Of a stretch of 60,000 bases of DNA, positions 13,577 through 24,303 are shown one piece after another. This stretch comes from Squalus acanthias (Eukaryota). Below the pieces are notes generated by a model. That model ran no database searches. It was not told the origin of the DNA and was given only the letters and a program-made list of their open reading frames with translations. The DNA is taken from NCBI GenBank assembly GCA_030390025.1, contig CM059425.1, forward strand, positions 171,060,001-171,120,000, written 5' to 3'. How positions within the stretch are numbered: the stretch's first letter is position 1; each line of letters starts with the position of its first letter. The position numbers and the translations under genes are program-made.

Positions 13577-14350
13577 ACCCACCAGGTACATGGTACATAC
13601 TCATGTGACTCGGCCAACGTTGTCTACCTCATACGTTGCAGGAAAGAATGCACCGCGGCATGGTACATCGGCGAGACCATGCAGACACTGAGACAACGTA
13701 TGAACGAGCACCGCGCAACAATCGCCAGGCAGGATTGTTCCCTCCCAGTCGGGGAACACTTCAGCAGTCAAGGACATTCAGCCTCGGATCTGCGGGTAAG
13801 CGTTCTCCAAGGCAACCTTAGAAACACACGACAACGCAAAATCATCGAGCAGAAACTGATAGCCAAGTTCTGCACTCATGAAGACGGTCTCAATCGGGAT
13901 CTTGGGTTTATGTCACGATACATGACGTGATCCGGACTCGAGTCGTCGTTAGCTTGTTCACAGATGTGATTCCCAGTAAAAAAGTAAAAATTTTCCCAGT
14001 AAAAAAGTAATTTTTTTTTTTTAAAGCTTTTCGTTTTACATACATACGGCAGCTTTTGACACGTTAGAACCCCTGCGACTTCACCTCATTGTCTCAGTTG
14101 TATCTTGCTATGTCTTTTGATGTGGTACCTTCCTGGCTGACTTAATTAACTTTATCACACCTCGGCAGATAGTCAGGATGATTTAATTTATTGGTCTGCA
14201 ATTGTAAAGTACACATGCTTTTTTTTCCATCTATATATGCTCTGACGATTCTGTATCCAATTTACTTCACCTGAGGAAGGAGCGATAGTTCCGAAAGCTT
14301 GTGATTTCAAATAAAACTGTTGGACTATAACCTGGTGTTGTGCGACCTCT
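13577..14350 (+). mobile_element. Penelope-like element (family 2), 3' fragment with GIY-YIG endonuclease
   Basis: The frame of ORF 13679-13930 extends upstream as HGTYSCDSANVVYLIRCRKECTAAWYIGETMQTLRQRMNEH..PVGEHF..EQKLI..GLN. It is followed by a 3' UTR with a hammerhead and AATAAA. Confidence 0.9.
14267..14304 (+). ncRNA. Minimal type I hammerhead ribozyme
   Basis: TCAC-CTGAGGA-A-GGAGC GATA GTTCC-GAA-AGCT-T-GTGA: stem I TCAC/GTGA, CUGANGA core, stem II, GAAA and palindromic AGCT stem III. Confidence 0.8.
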
Positions 14351-14803
14351 GAATATGAAGCCAGGTCCCAGATATGTGTAATCCATTGCACTACCCAGTT
14401 CCCGAGTGAGGCCTCTTTACAGGCACTTTTACCTCTAGGTACAAGCCCAAGTCTGAGGAGAATGACTTACACGTGTCACTCTTCTGTGTTTACACAATAA
14501 ACCTCCATGTACGTTGGCTCTAAAATCAAACACCCGCAGTATAGCACGCATGCATGGGTTCCTTGTGCTGCATTCCAAACTTTTCACTACTGCCCATGTG
14601 CCCATAGGAATTTGCCGCTCGGTGTGTCAGCATACTTCTATCAGGACATTACTTTGGCTCATAGTATCTCAACATATTTATACAGCCTACAGGGGAAGTC
14701 AGGGCTCTGGTAGCAGGTCAAGAGACCCAGGAAAAAATGGGTCACCACTGTGGTTAGCTGAGCAGAGGTAAATAAATTTGTATTTTCCAGTACTTCTGAC
14801 TAG

Positions 14804-14959
14804 GACTCGAACATCAGGAAATCAACATGCTGCAGGAATGCAGAAAAGCCTTCTATTATCAGTTGTGTGTGGATTTGGCATGGAATGAAATTAGTAATGA
14901 AAATATTGTCAGGCAGCACATTCTGGGGCACATCAGCAGTGACAACCTCCTCTCCAAAG
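14804..14959 (+). other. Candidate internal exon of an unidentified gene (unverified)
   Basis: tacttctgactag acceptor, AAAG|gtgagt donor, 156 nt (multiple of 3). One open frame reads LEHQEINMLQECRKAFYYQLCVDLAWNEISNENIVRQHILGHISSDNLLSK. No homology recognised. Confidence 0.25.
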
Positions 14960-16175
14960 GTGAGTTTCATGATGATATGACTGGCACGATAGCGTAAAAG
15001 GTGTTCTGGTCTCATACAATAAGCAGGCATTGAAATTGTTTTTACAACCAAGAACTAACAAGACAATGGCAGATGTGTCTTGACAAACCCCTCCTGCACC
15101 TGCCCACCATGACATACCCTCGTGTACTGTTATTAGGGAGCAGAGCTGCCCTGCTATGGAGAAGTGTGAATTGAGTGGCTCCAACTGAGGTTTGTCTCAG
15201 TACCTGACGCAAACTGTAGTTGGTACAAATTGAGTTACTGCGCAGAAAAGAGTAACATAATGTACAAACCACCACTGTGGAACTCTTTTATAATGAAATA
15301 GCATTTACCATGACACAGTGTCACTCCATCAGAAGCAGGCTGACTAAGTTTACAGAGTAAATGATGAAATGGAGAAAGCAGGTTCCGTCACAGCGAACAG
15401 TCCATCTTGAATGAGATACACAGTCAGTTCCTGGATGTGAAACTGACTTCATACATAATAAAGAAAGTCTGGCTCCTTTCTGTCGATAAAATGGAACAAG
15501 TGCTTTTACAGGTGTGAGTAAAACAGTTAGTCAGTCAGTTAACACAAAGATTAACTACTTTCTGATTTCAGGTAGGGCGCTGCTTGCCAATTAAACAATG
15601 AAGAGCCAGGTTTTCATTCTAAGTATTAAATTAATTCCCTCAGGATCAGTTTTCACTAGAAGGAAGTTCCACTGTGGTAGATTAATCCTTGTACTGTGGT
15701 AGTGACAAAAACACATCTTAAATGTCTTGTTTATATATTAACAAGTGCACAATAGCAGCATTAATCAGATACATTTTGTGGTTTCCCTCATTTTAAGAAA
15801 TGTTCCAAATTTGGCTGTGATTTTTGACAGTTTCTAATATCACTCAGTAATAATGGGTCACTAAAGCCTTTGTCCTCTGTCTCATTACACTGCTGTGAGC
15901 CAACTGACATCGACATCTTCAAGAATACATGCACCAGCAGAGAAGAGTAAACTGACCTAATTTGTGTGACATCTGCTGCCTAACTGTATGAAGATGAGAC
16001 CTACATCTCCAAAATATACCTTTTCACACTGAATTTTGTTTACTGGAAAGCATTTTTCAAGATACAGTACCTTAAAGAAACAAGAACATAATTCAATATG
16101 ACATTAGCTTATAGAAAGCCCTGTTTTGGACTTGATCTGCTTTAAACTCCTTCACTTTTAACAGAATATGTTTTT

Positions 16176-16207
16176 TATATATATATATATATAAATAAAT
16201 AAATAAA
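16176..16207. repeat. (TA)n + (AAAT)n microsatellite
   Basis: Direct inspection. Confidence 0.9.
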
Positions 16208-18269
16208 GGTAACTACAGTTCCATTCGCACAGCAGTGAGAATGCAATTGCATCTTAGTTTTACCTCAGGACATCGATAGCACAGTTTAACTATCTGAATG
16301 CAGCCTCTACCAGTGAACTTAGTAAAAAGTAGATACATTTCTAAGAATATGAATGGGGCTAAAGCTTATCCGATAATAATAGTAATTTAAAGAATTTGCC
16401 GTGCTCTGATAATCTGTCAAAAATATGAATAAATTCATCCCTCCACACCCACCCCAGGAATGAATGGCTTATGTTTCAATTGTGCTATCAGTTTGCTTTT
16501 TCCTTGTTAGAAATGTTTGCAGTAATCAGACGCATACTGTTCTTTAAGAGCTTGGTTTTATGACCTCCCTACCTCGGGCATTATTATCCTGTGGTTGGGT
16601 GCTGATGTAAAAGGTCAGGGAGACAGAAGCACTGCATGCTGGGTAGCTAATTGCTTCTTCCTTCTGTTTCCATCATAAACCTGTTATGTGCGCTTCTCGC
16701 TGTTCAGAACTTTACTAGTTCATCTTCATTAGTTCCACCATGACAGTCTACCTGTTAAACAAGACTGTACAGCAAACAAACAAAACAAATCTGCAGGAGG
16801 TTCAAGTTAACCATTTGAGGATTGCACCAGTATCTTTGCATCCAAACTAACTAGGAGAAGTTTCAACTGTTGAGGGTTTATTTCAAGGGCAATCTGACTA
16901 AAGGAACGATCTACAGCTATGCACACATCTCAGTTAGCAGTACAAGATTATGGTGAGATTATATCAGAGCTGTCAGTGCCTTATCACAATATTGCAGGTA
17001 CACTCACTCAGATCCTCACATTTAGATTGTTTAATTGTGTCCTGCACGCAGCTCTATGTATACATTCCGACAGGGTCTGGAATAAATTACTGGTCATGAC
17101 AGACTTAAAGGTAGCTTATGAATCTAACCTCTAAAATTTTAAATCTGTTTATTAGGATTTTTTCCCCCATTTTTAATATACTAGGTTAAACAAGCAGAAT
17201 CTAATGGCTATAATGAACAAAAAGACTGTCGTACATTAGACTATTACCTGGTGTCAAGCCCAAACAGCTGGTATTGGGTTAATATCCCTCCTCTGCTCTT
17301 CATATACACATGCCTTCTCATTCATTATTGCCTCATTCATAAGCAGAAAATTTACAGAAAATCAGTTTTTATGAGCTACCAATTGAAGAATAAGTGCATA
17401 TTTTAAAATCTCAAATATTTCTATACTCAATGGATTAAAAAACAATCACAGCAGCACCACTTTTTATGACCTTTGTTAACCCATCTACCATGATATCTGA
17501 TGTCAATACATTCAAGATAAAAATGCACTCAATGCTTTTCCACTCCAATGATGTGACAACTTTAGCTTCTATCTCTGACAGCAGCAGCGGTACAAATGTA
17601 CAACTCCAATGTCATTTTGACAATCTAGCCAACATTGAAATTCTACCAACAGAAATTCTACCAACAGAAAATCAGAACACAAAATTTAGTCAAAGGCATC
17701 TTTTGAAGAGCCAGGGAGTTTTCCCAGTGTCCTGGCTAACACTGGACACTGGGAATATTATGTGAACCATGGCTCATATATTAAACAGCGAACTGAGATC
17801 TGAGTTTGTTCCCATGGACTGGACAGACGTCCATGGACTGGACAGACGTCTATGTGTTGCCCATATTTGAAAAGGACAGTAAGTCAGGACCAGGAAATTA
17901 TAGGCCCCTTAGTTTAAATTCGGTCATATGCACATTGCCAAAAGGTATTCTTTGAAATGTGTTGACTGATTATCCAGAAAAAGAGCAGAGGTTATTGGGG
18001 AATCCCAGCATGGCTTCTGGAAAAGGAGGTCCTGTCTCACCAACGTGATTGAATTTTTGAAGAGGTTAGATAGCGAATTGGTTGCATTCACGTAGACATG
18101 GGGTATTATTAATGGTAGCAGCTCTCCATGGGGCTGGTCACTAGTGGAGTCCCGCATGGACCTGTGGTAGGTCCGTTGCCTTTCACCATCTTTATTAATG
18201 ATCTGGATAAAGGGAATAGTCCAGTTTGCTCAGGACATGAAAATATGTGCAGGAGTTATGACCTTTGAC

Positions 18270-19572
18270 AAGATAAACACAGCAAAGGCTATGGACCCTG
18301 ACAACACCCGGCTGCATTGCAGAAGACCTGTGCACAAGAGCTACCCACTCCTCTAGCCAAGCTGTTCCAGTACAGCTATGACACTGGCATCTACCTGACA
18401 ACATGGAAGATTGCACAGGTATTTCCTATCGCCAAAAAACAGGAAAAATCCAACCCGGCCATTTATTCCACCCCGCCCCCGAGTAGCCTCTTTCCAATCA
18501 TCAGTAAAGTTATGGATGAAGTCATCCATATGCGATCAACCTTCTCACTGATGCTCAGATAGGGTTCCAGCAGAACCACTCAGCTCCAAACCTCATTACA
18601 GCCTTGATCCCTATCTGGATGAAGAGCTGAATGACAGAGGTGAGAGTAGCCAGCCTCAACATCAAGGTAGCATTTGACCGAGTAGGGCACCAAGGAACCC
18701 TAGAAATACTGAAGTCAATGAGGATTTTTGCACTTGGGCTGGCAAGTGACATTCACGTCACACAAGTGCTAGGTAACGGTCACCTCGAACAAGAAAAAGC
18801 CCAGCCATCGCTCCTTGATCTTAAACAGCGAGATCAATATCCTGGGATCACCATGACCAGAAGCTGCACTTTTTAAAATTCATTTATGGGATGTGGGCAT
18901 CGCTGGCAAGGCCAGCATTTATTGCCCATCTCTAATTGCCCTCGAGAAGGTGGTGGTGAGCCACCTTCTTGAACCGCCGCAGACCTGGGCCAGTCTTATC
19001 AACACGGTGGCTACAAGTATGGACAGAGGCTGTGTACTCTGTGACAAGTGGCTCACCCCTAACCCCTCAAAGCCTGACCACCATCTACAAGACTCAAGTC
19101 AGGTGTATGATAGAATACTCTCCATGAATGTGTGCAGCCTCAACAAGCTCAACACCATCCAGGACAAAGCAGTTTGCTTGATCAGTGTCCCTGCCACTGA
19201 ACTCAGTACTCTCACCTTTCACCAATGGAGCACTACAGCGGCAGGATACATTGCAGCAACTCACAAAGGTTACTTCAATAGCACCTCCCACCCTGGCAAC
19301 CTCAATCAAACAAGAGTTGCAATGTTGTGGGAACATCATCACCTCCAAATTCCCCTCCAAATAACACACCATCCTGACTTGGACATATACTGCTGTTCTT
19401 TCGTCATCGCTAGGTCAAAATCCTGGAATTCCCTATCTAGCACCGTTGCGGGAACACCATCAGCACAAGGACTGCTGCAGTTCAAGGGGAAGAACCACCA
19501 CCTTCTTGGAGCAACCAGGGATGGGCAATAAATATGGCGTCACCCACATCCTGAGAACAAATACAAAAAAAT
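18270..19572 (+). mobile_element. CR1/L2-group LINE of a different family, decayed, internally deleted
   Basis: KTCAQELPTPLAKLFQYSYDTGIY..WKIAQVFP..KKQEKSNPA, LNIKVAFDRV.HQG and KLNTIQDKAVCLI..SKSWNSL. The 3' end CACCACCTTCT..GGGATGGGCAATAAAT..A-run matches the SINE A tail. Confidence 0.85.
18870..18982 (-). mobile_element. SINE A / partner-LINE 3' tail fragment nested in the LINE
   Basis: Reverse complement of about 805-910, inserted antisense within 18270-19572. Confidence 0.8.
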
Positions 19573-20044
19573 AATCTGCAAGTGGATCTGGGCACACTGG
19601 GGAAATGTAGCAAATGTTTTTCAATGTAAACTGCAGCATGATGCTTTTAGGTTGGAGTAATTCCAGACATGTTTACATCATTCAGGGTTGCAGGCTCAAG
19701 ACTGCTGAGCAGGAGAAGGACCTGGAGGTTGTAGTTCATAAAACACGGAAGGTGCATTCAGGGTCGCAAAGGCAAATAGGTGTAGAGTTTACGTGTAACC
19801 TGTTTGCTAGTCAAGTATTATTGTCAAGACAGACTGTTAAGCTCTTGCTAAACTCTGATCAGTTTACCAGCTCTTCTATATATTTTGGCAATTCTGTGTC
19901 AGCCAATTGTGGCTAGTAAATGATCCCAATCAATAGCAATTGAAAGCAGCTGTCACTGAACAGCTATTGAGTGCAGAATTTTGTTTAAGCCCAATACACA
20001 TCCTAACCCACATGTCACAGCAGTTAGGCAGATGTTCCCATTAT

Positions 20045-20385
20045 CAACAACAACAACTTGCATTTATATAGTGCATTTAACGTAGTAAAATGTCCCAAGG
20101 TGCTTCACAGGAGTATTAGAAGAATTTTTTTTGACACCAAGCCACATAAGGAGAAATTAGGGCAGGTGCCCAAAAGCTTGGTCAAAGAGGTAGGTTTCAA
20201 GGAGCATCTTAAAGGAGGAAAGAGAGGTAGAGGTGGAGAGGTTTAGGGGGGGGGGGGATTTCCACAGCTTAGGGCCTAGGCAACAGAAGGTACGGCCACC
20301 AATGGTTCAGCGATTGTAATCAGGGATGCTCAAGATGGCAGAATTAGAGGAGTGCAGATATCTCGGGGGGGTTTGGGGCTGATAT
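20045..20385 (-). mobile_element. L2 3' end
   Basis: (CAA)n-CTTGCATTTATATAG..CCCAAGG.GCTTCACAGGAG; reverse complement of 40880-41228. Confidence 0.8.
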
Positions 20386-20574
20386 ACTCATTCTAATACT
20401 CATTCTATTAACAAATCAGAGAAACATCATTTGCTGCAGTTTTTTTCACTCTATATTTTGAATGAAATACTAGGAGAGTTACCTTCTTGTGAGTCTGCTC
20501 AGGCCTACTGCTGCTGGAGAATTCTAAAAGAAATTTTAATGAGGGGTTGGGCCTCCTCTCCCTCAAAGCAAGGT

Positions 20575-20885
20575 GGTAAAGCAGGAATGTATGATCATAG
20601 CTGGGGCTAACTTTGGCCACAGCCCTTGAGCCAGGGAGGGGAAAAATCAACCAGGATATCTGCCCTAAATAATCCAATGCTGCAGTTGTGTGTGTATCAT
20701 GGATGAGGGAAGGGTCAGGCCGTGATGTCGTCCATAGTTTAAAAAGACCACCAACCCTGACTATCTAGACTCACAGATGAAGAATGGCGATTTGGATGAG
20801 GTACCGGAAGTTGCCCGACACCTGCGGAGCTTTACCCCAGCAACAATCCTCCCTTTAGGACAGGAGGGAAGAAACTTGGAACAAA
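20575..20885 (+). mobile_element. SINE family B copy (3' part)
   Basis: Shared motifs GGGAGGGGAAAAATCAACCAGG, CTAGACTCACAGATGAAGAATGGC and CCTTTAGGACAGGAGGGAAGAAA. Confidence 0.5.
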
Positions 20886-21935
20886 AAAGCAATACTGCCA
20901 CCAGAAAGAATTCTGCAAGATGTTTTCGTTCACAAAAGTGAGCACAATGAAGTAATTAGAAATGTCAATCTGCAAAGCGCTAATATTTATTACTTTAAAG
21001 ACTAGAAAAAATTGCTACAACTGCACCGAAAAAGTACTGCAACAAATACAGTACTGACTTTGACTGCTGCAGCAAGTTTGCATGACAGTGATGTGGCTGT
21101 TAAGTCTTGGTCATTAGCTGGTTTAAAAAATTCCCGATATGCAGATGTTAGCCCATTAAAGTGAAAAGAGAAATGCCATGGCTCTTGTGCATTACATGGG
21201 TCTCATTTAGATTGCATGGCTTCTCCTGCTTCCAATAATTACTCTCCTCCGCCCCCGGGTCTATGCTATTTTCCTCAGACAGGAGGACAAGCCATTGCAG
21301 CCTGCAAATATTCCAGACTCCATCAAAGGCACTTCTGAGAGGTCAAGATTCATGCTTGAGCAGTATGGAAAGGGTAATTTCCACCCCCCCCGCCCTCAAC
21401 TCTCTGGGGTCCGTTTCCCTCTGATGGACAACTGAGCCAAGATTGGTAAAACCGAGCCTCCAGGGGAAGCTTGGATACAAATATCAGCAAAACTTGGGAT
21501 TCAAACTCTCATCATCTCTACTGTACTGTCCAGTGCTCTGGGGCTGTAGCTACATCACTGCAATCCAACTTACTTGGAACTTAATAACTGTATCTGGTAA
21601 TACACAGTTGAAATACTAAGTGGCTAGGATTAGGGCAGAATTACCTGGGAATGCTCATTATTAAAGTGCCCCCTGTTTTGCTGAACAAGGTACCAAAGGC
21701 ATTTGTCCCCCCACAGGAGCACACCCTTACATGAGTACACATCTTCAGGAGAAAATGACAAGGGGGAAGGAAGTTGGAGGTTGAAACAAAAATAGAAATG
21801 TGAGATTTTGTATAATTATTTGGGAATTTTCAATAATTTATACTACAGAAATACTTGGAAAGCAGAATCTCATTGGGAACGGGGAAAGGTTGTGAATTGT
21901 AGAAATGCAGCTGGACCAAACAGTGATACAAGATA

Positions 21936-22161
21936 CAAAAGCAGAATACTGCGGATGCTGGAAATCTGAAATAAAAACAGAAAATGCTGGAAACACTGAG
22001 CAGGTCAGGCAGCATCTGTGAAAAGAGAAACAGAGTTAACGTTTCAGTCGATGACCCTTCGTCAGAACTGAAAAAAGCTGGAGATGGAACAGGTTTTTAA
22101 GCAAGTGTGGGGCAGGGGAAGGGGAGGAAAGAACAAAAGGGAAGGTCTGTGATAGGATGGA
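21936..22161 (-). mobile_element. Short Penelope terminal (pLTR) insertion with hammerhead and 14-bp TSD
   Basis: The reverse complement matches about 31160-31360. Flanked by AGTGATACAAGATA at 21922-21935 and 22162-22175. Confidence 0.9.
22033..22070 (-). ncRNA. Minimal hammerhead ribozyme (short stem II)
   Basis: Minus strand CAGTT-CTGACGA-AGGGTCATCGACT-GAAACGTT-AACTC. Confidence 0.7.
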
Positions 22162-22434
22162 AGTGATACAAGATATACCAGACACAGAATTTTCCAGTAA
22201 TCAATCATGTTATTGCTCAATTAAAGCTGCAGTGATAATGTTGCAATCCTTAAGCCTCTTGTAGGAATGTCACTATCCATCAAGGACTTGAATCATCCTC
22301 CTGACATTTGGTGTCAGACCTGACACAAGAAAAAGAGAATCAAGATGAAAGGAATAAAGTTCCCCACATAAATTCTACACCATTTAAGTATTATTTGAAA
22401 TCATACAGATAGGCTTTTTCAGTGGCGAATTTTG

Positions 22435-22690
22435 TTAAGTGTGCTGTCCACACAGACCAGGGAGGTTCAAGATTCTATCTTCCATCTTTGTTGATCTCAA
22501 CTGGGATTGTGTCAGATGTGCTAAAATTAGCCTCAGTGCTCTTGGGCTAAGCAGAGGAAATGTGTGCATTGTGTGTGTGTATACATGCGTGTGTATGCGT
22601 GTGGTGTGTCACACACGCAGATGGGCATCAGATGAGGACGGGGACCCGTGGAAACAAAACCCAGCCGTAGGCAGAGCTTTTAGAAGTTTT
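22435..22690 (+). mobile_element. SINE family B copy, internally deleted
   Basis: CACACAGACCAGGGAGGTTC..ATTAGCCTCAGTGCTCTTGGGCTAAG similar to the 1607 copy. Confidence 0.45.
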
Positions 22691-23188
22691 ACAAAACATA
22701 TTCACTTGGGTGCGATTACAGAACTACAATCTAATTTTGGAAGTTTAGATAACAATAATAAGTGACTCAAATGCTGCTCTTGCAGTTTCTGACATTACTT
22801 GAACCTTTTTGTTACTTTTGTAATTACTCCTAGAAATTCACTACTCTCTCTTTATCTTGTAGAGGTTAAAATGGGAACTGAGAATCCAGTACATAAGAAC
22901 GCAAGAAATAGGAGCAAGAGTAGGCCATATGGCCCCTCGAGCCTGCTCCGCCATTCAATAAGATCATGGCTGATCTTCGACATCAACTCCACTTTCCCGC
23001 CCGATCCCCATATCCTTTGATTCCCTTAGGGTCCAAAAATCTATCAATCTCCTTCTTGAATATACTCAACGACTGAGCATCCACTGCCCTCTGAGGTAGA
23101 TAATTTCAAAGATTCACAACCCTCTGAGTGAAGACATTTCTCCTCATCTCAGTCCTAACCTGCCGCCCCCTTACCCTGAGACTGTGAC

Positions 23189-23324
23189 CAGTGTTCCCTG
23201 TAAGGTGCACAGCCACGCGGCCGCGCACTGCTCCAGGGAACCCGCACAGCTGGCTTTCCAATGTAAAAACTGCGCATGCACGGTATTTCGAATGGCTCCA
23301 GAGCCAAAAATTTTTAGGGAACAG
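23189..23324. mobile_element. Small hAT-like MITE nested in CR1
   Basis: Ends CAGTGTTCCCT / AGGGAACAG and interrupts CR1 coding sequence. The 8-bp flanks are only 5/8 identical. Confidence 0.6.
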
Positions 23325-23556
23325 ACGATGGCCCCTAATTCGAGACTCTCCAGCCAGGGGAAACAACCTCTCAGCATTTACCCTGTCAAGCCCTTGAAGA
23401 ATTTTATATGTTTCAATGAGATCACCTCTCATTCTTCTAAACTCCAGAGAGTATAGGCCCAGTCTACTCAATCTCTCGTCACAGGACAGCCCTCTCATCC
23501 CAGGGATCAATCTAGTGACCTGTCGTTGCACCCCCTCTAAGGCACTTAAGTATAGC

Positions 23557-24303
23557 GGGCCGGATATTCCGATCCCTACGGGTGGGTACGCGCTGTGTAC
23601 CCACCCGTAGGGACATTGGAAATGCCGGTTTCAGGCATGCGCTGCAAACTGGCATTTCCGATCTGTCAAGAAAGCTCTTGACAGATCCTCCGGCTGCCCG
23701 GGAGAAGGGCCTCTGCGGGTGGAGAGTTCCGCTTTTTGGAGACCCTCCGCCCGCAGAAATCACTTACAATTCTTGCACCTGGTAAAAGCAGGTGTAAGGC
23801 CTGCTTTTACCAGGATAAGAGTTGAAAAAAGTTTAAAAAAAAAGTTTTTTCCACTGATTTATCATTTAAAAATACTTTAAAGAAAGGTAAGTTTATTTTT
23901 AGCCCCGTTAAAAACTTTAATTTTTTTTTCAAAAATTAAAATTTGTTTAAAATAGTGAATTTATGTAATTTCAAGTCATTTTAAAAATGTGATTTTAAAA
24001 AAAAAATTATTTGAAGTTTTACTATGTTTTGGGGGTGATCTCCATTCATATATTTGACAGGTCTTCCTGTCAAATGTATGAAGGGAGATTCCCTTCTCTG
24101 ATTGGCTCCCCATGGCCCACGTGATCCCAGGGACGCTGCGAACTACCTGCGCCTCTGGGATACGTGGGCCCTGCGCACCGGCAGTTTGGAGAGGCCCAGC
24201 ATCGGAATTGTGCGCCGTCCCGGGAGCCCTCAGGTAAGGGCGCAGATTTTTCCAGATCGCAGTCCTCCGCCCGCGGGAGGCCTGCGATCGGAATATCTGG
24301 GCC
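23557..24303. mobile_element. PIF/Harbinger-like MITE (747 bp) nested in CR1
   Basis: 18-bp TIR GGGCCGGATATTCCGATC / GATCGGAATATCTGGGCC (2 mismatches); 3-bp TSD AGC on both sides; CpG-rich arms and AT-rich core. Confidence 0.85.

Larger units (their letters stand above)
17840..19760 (+). mobile_element. Old CR1 RT remnant split by a nested LINE (pieces about 17840-18270 and 19575-19760)
   Basis: Left piece PIF.K..PGNYRPLSL, SQHGF.KRRSCLTN.IEF and FTIFINDLD; right piece LQVDL..FNV..EQEKDLEVVVH. Confidence 0.7.

Noticed and set aside
17637..17851. 15-bp and 19-bp tandem duplications (similar ones at about 13970 and 54296)
   Set aside because: Ordinary two-copy slippage duplications.
18893..19531. 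212-aa ORF
   Set aside because: Chance fusion of an antisense SINE tail with decayed LINE sequence.
21830..22015. ORF MLPDLLSVSSIFCFYFRFPASAVFCF
   Set aside because: Translation of the Penelope terminal repeat running into flanking DNA.
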